Assembly (NCBI GenBank): GCA_964492615.1
Contig: CAZBKZ010000002.1
Span: 1,323-65,322 of the forward strand
DNA length: 64,000 nt
Source of the DNA: an uncultured Syntrophomonadaceae bacterium
GTDB taxonomy: Bacteria > Bacillota > Dethiobacteria > DTU022
Reading direction: 5' to 3'
Made by a program: the position numbers and the translations under genes. Positions 29,667-39,800 of the stretch are shown here, piece by piece. The number at the start of each line of letters is the position of its first letter. Position 1 is the stretch's first letter. The notes beneath the pieces are model-generated. The model was not told the origin of the DNA. It did not search any database and worked only from the letters and a program-made list of their open reading frames with translations.

Positions 29667-31019
29667 ATGGACCAGTATAAAGAAGCGATGGATTATGCCG
29701 GTCGCTGGCTGGGAATCATCAATTGTGAAGAGCTCGATGAATCGACAGCCCAGCAGATTTCTAAAGAGACGGTTGATAATTTTGTCAATCACTTTAACAA
29801 GGGTTGGGTAGACTATCGTAAGTCGGTTACAGAGGCCGGTGATTATGCAGGCACGGAATGGCGGGGACATGGTATTTATTATTATGATGTCTTTGGCCAG
29901 GAATATATCGACTGCCTGGGTGGTTACGGCGCACTTGACCTTGGCTGGTCGCATCCTGAAGTGGTTGAGGCTGTCCGGGCTCAGGCAGGAAAATCAGGTA
30001 TTCCAAGCCAGGAACTGATGGATCCTCTACGGGGCGTGCTGGCCAGGTTACTGGCCCAAATTACTCCGGGTGATATTGACCATTCATTTTTTGTCAATAG
30101 CGGCACTGAAACTATCGAAGGAGCACTGAAAATAGCCAAGCTATATACCGGCAAGCACAATTTTATCTCCACTGTATCTGCCTTTCATGGAAAAACCCTC
30201 GGTTCACTGAGTGTTATGGGTAAAAAAGACTACCGCGAAGCCCTTCAGCCTTTTGGCGGTCAAACTTTTTATGTTCCCTTCGGGGATGCGGAGGCTCTTG
30301 AAAAACAGCTTGAAATTTGTGCAAAAGTAGGTATTGATATCGCTGCATTTATAGCTGAGCCGATTCAGGGAGAAGCAGGAGCAATAGTCCCTCCCGATCA
30401 TTATTGGCCGAAAGTCAGAGAAATATGCAGTCGCTATGAAATACTGCTTATTTGTGATGAAGTGCAAACCGGTATGGGTAGAACCGGAAAACTCTGGGGA
30501 GTTGAGCACTGGGATATTGTCCCTGATATACTGTGTGTGGCTAAATCACTAGGCGGAGGGCTGATGCCGATGGGAGCCTTCATGGGTAGCGGCAGAATAT
30601 GGAGCGCTTTTGAAGATCCAAACCCCTTTATACATACAACAACAACTGGGGGCAATCCAATGGCATGCGCGGCAGCAATAGCTGCTATTAATGTAACCCT
30701 GCGCGACAAACTACCTGAAAAAGCTGCCGAGCTGGGCGATTATTTTATAGGCAAACTGAATGAATTTGCAGAAAAGTATCCTCAGGTATATAAAGGGATT
30801 ACCGGTAAAGGACTTCTAATCGGGCAGCACTTCCAAGCTCCCGAAATTGGTTACCAGGTGGCTGCCGGGCTGTTTAAAAGGAAAGTCCTGGTAGCAGGAA
30901 CTCTGATCAGCGCCAATACTGTTCGCTTTGAACCGGCCCTGATTATCACCCGCGAACAAATTGATGAAGTGCTTAATCGCCTTGATGATGTATTGCAGGA
31001 AGTGATAAAAAAACTTTAA
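29667..31019 (+). CDS. Class-III PLP-dependent aminotransferase (omega-aminotransferase family).
   Basis: Class-III signatures including the DEVQTGMGRTG motif. ATG 29667 preferred over TTG 29658 on RBS spacing. Confidence 0.8.
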   Translation: MDQYKEAMDYAGRWLGIINCEELDESTAQQISKETVDNFVNHFNKGWVDYRKSVTEAGDYAGTEWRGHGIYYYDVFGQEYIDCLGGYGALDLGWSHPEVVEAVRAQAGKSGIPSQELMDPLRGVLARLLAQITPGDIDHSFFVNSGTETIEGALKIAKLYTGKHNFISTVSAFHGKTLGSLSVMGKKDYREALQPFGGQTFYVPFGDAEALEKQLEICAKVGIDIAAFIAEPIQGEAGAIVPPDHYWPKVREICSRYEILLICDEVQTGMGRTGKLWGVEHWDIVPDILCVAKSLGGGLMPMGAFMGSGRIWSAFEDPNPFIHTTTTGGNPMACAAAIAAINVTLRDKLPEKAAELGDYFIGKLNEFAEKYPQVYKGITGKGLLIGQHFQAPEIGYQVAAGLFKRKVLVAGTLISANTVRFEPALIITREQIDEVLNRLDDVLQEVIKKL

Positions 31020-31064
31020 ACGGCAGTAATCAAGTTTTATATATTTATATTAAAACTGCGTAAA

Positions 31065-31087
31065 GGCCGGCTAAATAGCCGGTCTTT
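31065..31087 (+). terminator. Rho-independent terminator after the aminotransferase gene.
   Basis: GGCCGGCT-AAAT-AGCCGGTC followed by TTT. Confidence 0.5.
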
Positions 31088-31160
31088 ACACAGTCACTTT
31101 AAAGGGGTTTGCTTTATCCTGTCGAATTTATTTTTATAACCCGAATCCTGGGGGAACTAA

Positions 31161-32699
31161 ATGTATTTTAATCCGTATGTTATACCCTACATAATAGCCT
31201 GGGTCATTCTTCTTATGCTGGCCGGGCAGGCATGGCAATACAGGAATAACCGGGCAGCTGTTCCATTTGTGGCACTGGCGCTTACCTGTGCTTTTTATGC
31301 TTTTTTTTATGCCCTGGAGCTATCATCGGCAGAAATTAATATAATTATGTTTTGGATAAAAATAGAATATATCTTTATATTGTTGATTCCACCCCTGTTG
31401 ATTCATTTCACTATAACTTATACAGGATGGAAGGTCGGCTTTAAAAAAACTATTTTCATCACCATGCTTGCTTTTTCCCTGCTTATATATGTTCTAATGT
31501 TGACAAACCAGTATCACGGGTTGATCTACAGTAGAATCGGGCTTGATATGAACGGGCCCTTTCCAATGATATCTTTTGAAAAGGGTATATTCTATTGGAT
31601 AAACACCATATATATTTCAACTGCAGTCCTGGCCGGTAATGTCCTTTTCCTAATCATGTTAATCAATGCCAACAGGGTTTATCGGGGGACGATAGCCCTG
31701 ATGGTTTTAGGCTCTTTTTTGCCCTGGAGCGGTTATATTTATTACCAGGTACAGTTACTACCCTGGAACCTTGATACTACTCCATTATTTATTTCTGCCA
31801 GTGCACTACTGTTTTTTTTCGGAATGTTTCGCTATCGCCTCTTTGATCTAACTCCTGTCGCCAGGACAAGGCTTTTCGAGGATCTCCCTGATGGAGTTCT
31901 TATCATTGATAACAATCTCAATATCACTGACCTGAATAATGCAGCAGCAGTTTTATTCAAAGGGGATAACCAAATGGTGGGCAGACCGGCAGCCGAAATA
32001 CTGAAAGAATGGCCGGGAATGCTGAAGATGATCGGCTCTGCTTCTGACCGGGTTGATTTTGAACTGAGTATGGAGAATGGAGACGAAAAAAAATGGTTCA
32101 GGATTGATATCATACCTTTAAAAGAAAAGCACAGGTCGGTTTACGGCCAGATGGTGATTATCAGCGATATAAGCATCCGTAAAATAACAGAAGAAAAATT
32201 ACAGCTGCTGGCTACAACCGATGAACTGACCGGACTCTGGAACCGGCGTTATTTTATTAAATGCCTGGGCGATGAATTAAAACGCATGAAAAGGCATAAC
32301 CATCCTTTTTCATTATTAATGGTCGATATTGATTATTTTAAAACGGTTAACGATATATTCGGTCACAACACGGGAGATCTCAGCTTACAATATTTATCCG
32401 GCCTGATGCGAAACCGGCTACGTGAGGTTGACCTGGTGGCCAGGTTGGGTGGAGAAGAATTCGGGATTATTTTACCTGATACTGACCTTGACAGTGCACA
32501 GGCAGTAGCGGAAAATTTAAGAAAAATTATTGCTGAAACTCCTTTTTTTCACGATGGAGATACAATTAACCTGACTGTTAGTATTGGTGTTACCGAATGT
32601 AAGCCGGACACTGCATCTGTTGAAGAGCTGCTTAAATTAGCGGATAAAGCTCTTTACTCTGCCAAAAATGAAGGCCGCAATCGCATAGTATTAATATAA
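31161..32699 (+). CDS. Membrane-anchored diguanylate cyclase: an N-terminal 7TM sensor region, then PAS, then GGDEF.
   Basis: Intact GGEEF active site (RLGGEEFGIIL). Multi-TM N-terminus. Confidence 0.8.
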   Translation: MYFNPYVIPYIIAWVILLMLAGQAWQYRNNRAAVPFVALALTCAFYAFFYALELSSAEINIIMFWIKIEYIFILLIPPLLIHFTITYTGWKVGFKKTIFITMLAFSLLIYVLMLTNQYHGLIYSRIGLDMNGPFPMISFEKGIFYWINTIYISTAVLAGNVLFLIMLINANRVYRGTIALMVLGSFLPWSGYIYYQVQLLPWNLDTTPLFISASALLFFFGMFRYRLFDLTPVARTRLFEDLPDGVLIIDNNLNITDLNNAAAVLFKGDNQMVGRPAAEILKEWPGMLKMIGSASDRVDFELSMENGDEKKWFRIDIIPLKEKHRSVYGQMVIISDISIRKITEEKLQLLATTDELTGLWNRRYFIKCLGDELKRMKRHNHPFSLLMVDIDYFKTVNDIFGHNTGDLSLQYLSGLMRNRLREVDLVARLGGEEFGIILPDTDLDSAQAVAENLRKIIAETPFFHDGDTINLTVSIGVTECKPDTASVEELLKLADKALYSAKNEGRNRIVLI

Positions 32700-32714
32700 A
32701 GGAGATACTAATTT

Positions 32715-33098
32715 ATGTCCCGGGAAGAAAAAAGTCTGGATCTGATTGCTTTGTTTCACCATGTTCTGGCAATTATCACCGGAATTACAGCATTAACTCC
32801 CATAATTCATTTTATATTCGGGGTGATGTTGCTCAATGTGGAAAGTGGTGCAGGTGATCCGGCACCAAGAGTTTTTGCCCTTATATTTATTATTTTATCT
32901 ACACTGATAATCCTGGCCGGGTGGACGCTTGCTGTTTTAATATTCATAGCCGGGAATAAAATCAGGAACAGGCAATCTTATAATTACTGCATGATAATTG
33001 CTTTTATCGAGTGTCTATTGCTTCCCCTGGGGCCTATCCTGGGTATTTATACTATTATTACTTTGAACAAGGAAGAATACATTTATCTATTTGAGTGA
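32715..33098 (+). CDS. Small integral membrane protein, hypothetical.
   Basis: Three or four predicted TM helices. AAGGAGA RBS. Confidence 0.55.
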   Translation: MSREEKSLDLIALFHHVLAIITGITALTPIIHFIFGVMLLNVESGAGDPAPRVFALIFIILSTLIILAGWTLAVLIFIAGNKIRNRQSYNYCMIIAFIECLLLPLGPILGIYTIITLNKEEYIYLFE

Positions 33099-33118
33099 GA
33101 TTGAAAGGGGTACTCCAG

Positions 33119-34303
33119 ATGAAGAGCGACCTTATTGTCAATCAGGCCAGGACTGTCCTGGATGAGGTTATTGCCTGGCGGCGGGAATTACACCGTATTC
33201 CAGAGCTTGGATTTGAGCTTTTTAAAACATCGGCTTTTATAAAAAAACAGCTCAATTGTTTAAATATACCCTGCCAGGTTATGGCAGAAACCGGCCTGGT
33301 TGCCCTGGTTGAGGGTGGAGAACCAGGGCCGACCCTGGCTTTTCGCGCTGATATGGATGCCCTGCCGATTAAAGAAGAAACCGGCCTTCCTTATGCTTCC
33401 GATAATGGGAATATGCATGCCTGCGGACATGACGCGCATGCTGCGATGCTGTTGGGGGCATCTAAAATATTAAGCGCGAACAGGGATAAAATAAAGGGCA
33501 GGGTCAAATTGATTTTCCAGCCCGGAGAAGAGGGCTATGGGGGAGCCCAGAAGATGATAGAGGAAGGCTGCCTGGAAAATCCCGGTGTAGATGCAATCTA
33601 TGGACTTCATGTCGGGCAGATATTTCCCGAAGTCGGTCTCGGGCAGGTGGGAGTTTGTTCGGGCACCATTCTGGCCGCGGCAACCGCTTTTACTGTAGAA
33701 GTTATAGGAAAAAGTACTCATGGAGCTCTTCCCCACCTGGGTGTGGACAGCATTACCACCGCGGCCGAGATGATTACATCACTGCAAAAAATCATCAGCC
33801 GTGAGATTAATCCTCTTGAAACAGCAGTGTTGACTATTGGAAAGATAGAGGGAGGGGAGGCGATAAACATCGTTACCCCCAGGGTTGAATTCAGCGGCGA
33901 TTTTAGGACAATAGACCAGGAAAACCGCCATTATATAACCGGCCGTGTAAAAGAAATATGTGCCTCTGTTGCCGCTGCAAACAGGGCTAAGGCAGAAGTA
34001 AAAATAATTGGCGGTTATCCGCCTACTGTTAATCATCCTGCTTTTGCTGAAAAAGTAACCGCAGTCGCAGAACAAGTGGTTGGCTCTAATAATGTGGTCA
34101 GTATCCTTAAACCAAATATGGGAACGGAAGATATGTCTCTATACCTTGAAAAAGTACCCGGCGCCTTTTTTATGCTGGGAACCGGTAATCCCGAACGGGG
34201 TTTTATTTATCCTCATCACAACTCCAGGTTTGATCTCGATGAGTCGGCGCTTTGGATTGGTCCGGCCATTTTCACAACCCTGGCTCTAGATTATCTGAAC
34301 TGA
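33119..34303 (+). CDS. M20D-family amidohydrolase (N-acyl-amino-acid amidohydrolase / hippuricase-like).
   Basis: M20 metal-ligand motifs (HACGHDAH, GEEGYGGAQ). ATG 33119 has an AAAGGGG RBS. Confidence 0.8.
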   Translation: MKSDLIVNQARTVLDEVIAWRRELHRIPELGFELFKTSAFIKKQLNCLNIPCQVMAETGLVALVEGGEPGPTLAFRADMDALPIKEETGLPYASDNGNMHACGHDAHAAMLLGASKILSANRDKIKGRVKLIFQPGEEGYGGAQKMIEEGCLENPGVDAIYGLHVGQIFPEVGLGQVGVCSGTILAAATAFTVEVIGKSTHGALPHLGVDSITTAAEMITSLQKIISREINPLETAVLTIGKIEGGEAINIVTPRVEFSGDFRTIDQENRHYITGRVKEICASVAAANRAKAEVKIIGGYPPTVNHPAFAEKVTAVAEQVVGSNNVVSILKPNMGTEDMSLYLEKVPGAFFMLGTGNPERGFIYPHHNSRFDLDESALWIGPAIFTTLALDYLN

Positions 34304-34339
34304 CAATATTGTAAAGAGTCAAAACAGGGGGGGATTCAC

Positions 34340-35161
34340 TTGTTAAAAGCAGATTCTTTTTTTGATACCGATAGCGAACTATTCCGTGAGTTGTTTGCTG
34401 AAACCTTATATGTTTGGGATGGCCTGGCCAATATCGGACAGTTTCTTGAAAATAATTTACAACCTAACAGTGCCGCCGTGCGAAAAGGCTCTGCCCAGAT
34501 TAGCAGGGATACCATACTTTACAGGGGGGAAATCCTTGTTGATGATTTCAGAATTGACAGCAGCGGAAAGAAAATAAAAGTTTATATGAATGATGAAATT
34601 CTGGAAGGCGCTACTGTAATTTATGCTGGTTCTTACCTGATGGATGATCATATATTTCTGGGCAGTGGAGTTGTTGTTGAACCATCGGCCCTGATCCGCG
34701 GCCCGTCCCTCATTGGTGACAATACGGAGGTAAGACATGGAGCCTATATCCGCGGGCAGGTGATTACAGGAGAGGATTGTGTTGTGGGTCATGCTACGGA
34801 AATAAAGTCTTCCGTAATGCTGGGGGGCAGTAAGGCCGGCCATTTTGCTTATATCGGCGACAGTATTCTTGGCCGGGTTAACCTGGGTGCTGGAACAAAA
34901 CTGGCCAACCTGAAAATGAGTGGAACCCCCGTGAATCTTCATGTCGATGGTAGGCTTTATCAGACCGGGTTACGCAAGTTTGGGGCGATCCTGGCAGATG
35001 GAGTTGAAACAGGATGCAACAGTGTTACCTCTCCGGGAACATTGCTCGGTAAGAATGTTATGCTTTATCCCAACGGGGCGGCCCGCGGTTTTTATCCTGC
35101 CGACACAATAATCAGGGTAAGACAAAAACATGATATGGGTCGGGTTGAAATGGATAAATGA
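34340..35161 (+). CDS. Left-handed beta-helix acetyltransferase resembling the GlmU C-terminal (GlcN-1-P N-acetyltransferase) domain. It lacks the uridyltransferase domain.
   Basis: Hexapeptide repeats. SKAGHFAYIGDSILGRVNLGAGTKLAN parallels the GlmU acetyltransferase core. TTG start with a G-rich RBS. Confidence 0.65.
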   Translation: MLKADSFFDTDSELFRELFAETLYVWDGLANIGQFLENNLQPNSAAVRKGSAQISRDTILYRGEILVDDFRIDSSGKKIKVYMNDEILEGATVIYAGSYLMDDHIFLGSGVVVEPSALIRGPSLIGDNTEVRHGAYIRGQVITGEDCVVGHATEIKSSVMLGGSKAGHFAYIGDSILGRVNLGAGTKLANLKMSGTPVNLHVDGRLYQTGLRKFGAILADGVETGCNSVTSPGTLLGKNVMLYPNGAARGFYPADTIIRVRQKHDMGRVEMDK

Positions 35162-36063
35162 ACAGCGATAATGTTGATTTGCTAAGGGAAAAAGGTCCTT
35201 TACTCGGCAAAGAGTTTGCTGTTTTGAGCGGCCTTGATATTTATCCTGCCTGGAAGTATTGCAGAGGAGCAAAAGAGATAATAAGTGTGTTGGTGGGAAA
35301 CAGATATCTTCGCCTTGATGCCAGGGTTAAGGGATATGCCCGCCTGTCACCGTCGATTATGCGCGAATTCTTAAATTACACTGTAGTTGGACTCTCTGAA
35401 CAGAAAAAAGAAATTGATGATAAAACAAAAAAACTTAATAAAGAGATAAATTCAATCAGTGCTGCAAAAATTGATCTGGCCCGCAGGACGGTGAAGAAAA
35501 TGATCGTTTCTCATCCGGAAAGTGCGCTTATTCTGGAGAAAACATGTATGACTATTGCCGGTGATGTTGTTTTTAACATGGCACACGCCGAACCGAGGCC
35601 GGAGTCATCAACAGGCGAACTGGTTAAAGGTTCCGACCTGGATATTATAGTGATCACCGATGGCTTGCCCTTTCATATAAGTAACGATCTGGATCAGATC
35701 TTTTATCATGAAAAGTATAACCTGCTAATGAATCCGGCCCTGAAAGAGGAGCTGGATTATGTAATTAAAAATGTATCTGTAATTAGCGAGCAACTGCACT
35801 TTAATAATTTCAAGAACATGGTCGCCTCAAAAATACTGGATGAAGGGCAATTTCTGTACGGGAACCCGGAACTTTTTAACCAGGTTAAATCAATGGTTGC
35901 CAAAGCCTCAATATCTTCGAAATTACTTAGTTTAACCAGGAAAGCAGAAGCAGATCGGTTACTTGCCGAGCAGACCCTGTCCGATGCCGGCCGGCTGGCA
36001 GCGGCTGATGAAGAACTTATGACATTGTTTTACACAACAGAAGAAAAAGAAGAAATATTTTAA
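35158..36063 (+). CDS. Pol-beta-superfamily nucleotidyltransferase-domain protein.
   Basis: GSDLDIIVITDG NTase motif. The start overlaps the upstream stop (ATGA), suggesting translational coupling. Confidence 0.6.
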   Translation: MNSDNVDLLREKGPLLGKEFAVLSGLDIYPAWKYCRGAKEIISVLVGNRYLRLDARVKGYARLSPSIMREFLNYTVVGLSEQKKEIDDKTKKLNKEINSISAAKIDLARRTVKKMIVSHPESALILEKTCMTIAGDVVFNMAHAEPRPESSTGELVKGSDLDIIVITDGLPFHISNDLDQIFYHEKYNLLMNPALKEELDYVIKNVSVISEQLHFNNFKNMVASKILDEGQFLYGNPELFNQVKSMVAKASISSKLLSLTRKAEADRLLAEQTLSDAGRLAAADEELMTLFYTTEEKEEIF

Positions 36064-36078
36064 AATGACAGGAGAAAT

Positions 36079-36804
36079 ATGATAATTATTACCGTTCAAA
36101 ACTACAGCGAGCTGAGTATTAAAGCAGCTGATATTGTTGCTTCCGAAATTGTGAATAATGGCCGGACAGTGCTTGGAATGGCAACAGGTTCTACTCCGGA
36201 AGGTATGTATGCAGAACTGGTTAAACGCTTCAAAAGCGGGATGATTGATTTTCGGGATGTGGTTTCATTTAACCTCGATGAATATCTTAGCCTGCCACCC
36301 GATCACAAGCAAAGTTATCATTATTACATGAAAAATAAATTCTTTAAACATATCAATATCAGGACGGAAAATGTGAATTTGCTTTCCGGATCAGCCAGGA
36401 ATCCTGAACTGGAATGCTCCAGTTACGATGCTAAAATAAAAGATGCAGGGGGAATTGACCTTCAAGTCCTTGGTATAGGTTCCAACGGACACATTGGCTT
36501 TAATGAGCCTGCTGACACACTTTCGGTTAATACTCATCTTGTTGAATTATCCCCGGATACAGTTCAGGATAACAGCCGTTTTTTTGGGACCGCCGAACAG
36601 ATTCCTGAAAGAGCCATCACAATGGGTATGGGGTCAATTATGTCTGCCAAAAAAATTGTTCTTCTTGCATCGGGAACAGGAAAAGCCAGGGCAATAAAAA
36701 ACATGTCAGGCGGGAAGGTTACGACAAAAGTACCGGCTTCATTACTTCAGCTCCATCGTGATGTTACAGTTATCGTTGACCACGCTGCAGCATCGCTGCT
36801 TTAA
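36079..36804 (+). CDS. nagB: Glucosamine-6-phosphate deaminase.
   Basis: NagB family: GMATGSTP, LDEY, GIGSNGHIGFNEP. Confidence 0.9.
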   Translation: MIIITVQNYSELSIKAADIVASEIVNNGRTVLGMATGSTPEGMYAELVKRFKSGMIDFRDVVSFNLDEYLSLPPDHKQSYHYYMKNKFFKHINIRTENVNLLSGSARNPELECSSYDAKIKDAGGIDLQVLGIGSNGHIGFNEPADTLSVNTHLVELSPDTVQDNSRFFGTAEQIPERAITMGMGSIMSAKKIVLLASGTGKARAIKNMSGGKVTTKVPASLLQLHRDVTVIVDHAAASLL

Positions 36805-36885
36805 TGTTCACCATGCCGGAGAAACACCGGCAAAAACAGGGACATCATGTTATACTGATATCAAAGATACAGTCGAGGTGAAAAA

Positions 36886-39800
36886 ATGGATTCCGGTTTC
36901 AAGTCGGGGGCGCTTGAAGTTAACCTGGCCAAGACCAGGCATAAACAGACTGAGCTGCCTCAGGAACACCAGTGGTTTGTCTCGCTTTCTTCTTCATACT
37001 GGGGGATTAATAAGCGAACGGAGGAACTATTCCGTGAATTGAATCACCCTCACCCCAATTACTCTTTTATTATTGAAAATTTGCATACTATCTGCCTTAC
37101 TGATTTATGGCTTTACAATTCGCTGAATCAATCTGAAAAAGCGCTATCATTCCTTTTAACTCTTTTTAGCGATCTGTTTGGAAAAGATTTACATGAAAGA
37201 GAACGGGAGCAGTTGATCAAAACTCTGTTCAAGTTTATAGATCGTCTTTTAAATGAAGGCAATTACCCTGAAGACATAGTCAGGCTGTCATTAAGCCTGG
37301 TCGAAAAAGAAGTGTCTGGGCATGAAGAACTTTTTATCAGGAATGCCGGTTATTTTAAAAAATACCTGGCCAGGGCAGCTGTAATCCCCGGGTTTGAGCC
37401 GACAGTTTGCAGAATGACTAAAGATATACTTTTAAAAAGCTGTGCTTATTGGGCTGAAACAACTCAAACTGAAGAGTGGTTTGCAAGTAAAACGGCCCTT
37501 TTTTCCCCGGTGTATGATAAAAAAATTGGCAGGATCGGCAAGCCTTTTTTTAAAGATCTTGAAGAAAACATAAAGAGTTCCCGGACATGGGAAGAGATCA
37601 CTTCGAACCTTTTTTTCAATGACATAGCTAACCATTTTCGTCATTTTAGTGAAGTGTTTGAACTATCCGTTGAAAAAACATATTACCTGGTATTCATTTT
37701 ACATTTGCCCGGCATGTCGCAGTTGAATAAACATTTACTCTATGACCTTAATCGGTTACTGAAAAGCGCCTTACAGGAGTTGGATGAGAAAGGTATCTTT
37801 CATTATGTGGACCTGCTCTTTTCACTTTTCGGCGAACTAAAAAACCGGCAGACGGATATTGTTCTGGATTGCCTGTTTACACTGGGCAAAGAAATAGTGG
37901 AAATTGATCACTACCGGCTAACTTCTCATTACATGCAGAGACTGATCGAATTTGGCTTTATTTATCCCGGAGCTCTGGAAGTAAATGATGAATGGGCGAT
38001 TGAAGCCAACAGTAATCACGTAAAAAACATTCGTATCTGGCTTGACCTGATCGAAACCTCTCCCTATAAATTTAAAAAACTACTTTCTGCACTGGTTGTT
38101 AATCTTAAACTGGGCGGAATTTTCATTGCCGATACCGACCTGTTCCAGCGTGATGTAACCAGGCTTTTAAATGCAGATATAAGTCCTGTCTATAAACAGG
38201 TTAAGCAGTTGGCCCGCTTTTTCCCGGTTTATTTTAATGAAATAGGGGCTGAGGGAAAACTGCGTGATGTAAGTACTTATATCGATGAACTTACGGGACG
38301 CAAAGACCGTTTAATTCATTTTGTCCGCAAGCAGATTCACAGTGAAAGTAATAATACCCATATTGAGCTGGTCAGGAAAGTAGCTGTCTTCTGGTTTAAC
38401 GGGGATAAAAAAATGCTTAAAAAAATTATTCCTCCCGATGTATTTGTTTCTCTTGAGTTGGATACTGCTTATTTCAGGGGAGTAAACAACCTGATGACTG
38501 CTGCCTGCCGGCATTTTGCCCTCAAGGCCGAAGAATTACTGCTGTTAGATGAAGAACAAATCGATTCCTTTATCAATCAAAGGACAGCTGCAACTGAAAG
38601 GGATAAAAAGCGTTTCATTTTACTGGTTCAATTATACCAGCTGCTGCTTGAAAAATATTCGTTTGAGTCACGTGATATCAGTGGTTTGTTGATGAAAAGC
38701 CGTTTCTTCGGCGAAGAAGAGATCGAACAATTGATTGGTAAAATTAATCATAAGCTATATCGTGAAGCATTGGAACAGATCTTTGGATTCATGAAGGTGC
38801 TTAAGGATGTAATACTCGATAAAACTACAACGGAGGCGGTTGAGACTATTTATTACAAGCGCCATATCGCTGCCGGCATACCCTCTATGTATGGGCAGTA
38901 TAAAGAACCAAAATTTGAAGCGCTCGGCTTAATGTACAGGCTCGAACAGTTAGCTTCACGGCAGTTTGAAATGATCCTGGAAGAAATAAAGCTGGAATAC
39001 ATATCAGCGAAAACACTCAATAGCGTCTATGAGACCCTGGTACTTTTCAAGGAAGGGTTGGAACTTGACGGCATGGTAAACCAGAATTTTAATTCAACCC
39101 TGGAAATGTTTCGTTACAGTCTTACTTCAACCAGTGTTACCCTCGGTCAGTTTATGAACATATTTCGCTTTATGGCTCAACATATAAAGGAATTGATCAA
39201 TGAATATTTTATAAGGGTTTACGATGAAACAATCAATGTAGTCATTCCTCAGGTTTATAGTGCTGATAGGGAAACTGTGGCAAGGGAGTCTGAAATGTTC
39301 TATCGCGTTATTCTTTCTTCAGCATTTCTGGTCAGGGAACTGGATCAATTTATCGCCGGTTCGCTGAGTATGATCAATAATATGCTGGAGAATTACTCGG
39401 AAGCGCATATCCATAACATGATGAGTTATAATCCCGATCTTGCGATAAGCTCTTTAAACAGAGACACGGAAATAATGGATAACCAGGTTTTCCTGGGAGC
39501 CAAAGCTTACTATCTAAAAAAGCTGATCAAATACGGTTTTCCCATCCCTCCCGGTTTTGTCTTAACCACAGAGGTCTATCGTCATAAAGAAACTATCTTT
39601 GAACATCCCTACATGAATTATGAACTTGAATTGATGCTTGATGAGAACCTGACTGAACTGGAAAAACAAACCGGGCTTAAATTTGGCAGTACTGAAAAGC
39701 CGATGCTTCTATCGGTTCGCTCTGGAACGGCAATTTCAATGCCTGGTGCAATGAGCACTTTTTTAAATATTGGTATGAACGATCAGGTGGCAGAGGCTCT

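Noticed and set aside
35158-36063. NTase gene as part of a CBASS/HEPN-MNT-type defence pair.
   Set aside because: No cyclase-like second motif, no HEPN or effector partner. It is embedded in a metabolic operon with nagB.
36758-37042. ORF of 94 aa spanning the nagB end and the PPDK-like start.
   Set aside because: It overlaps two supported genes in a different frame and has no RBS.
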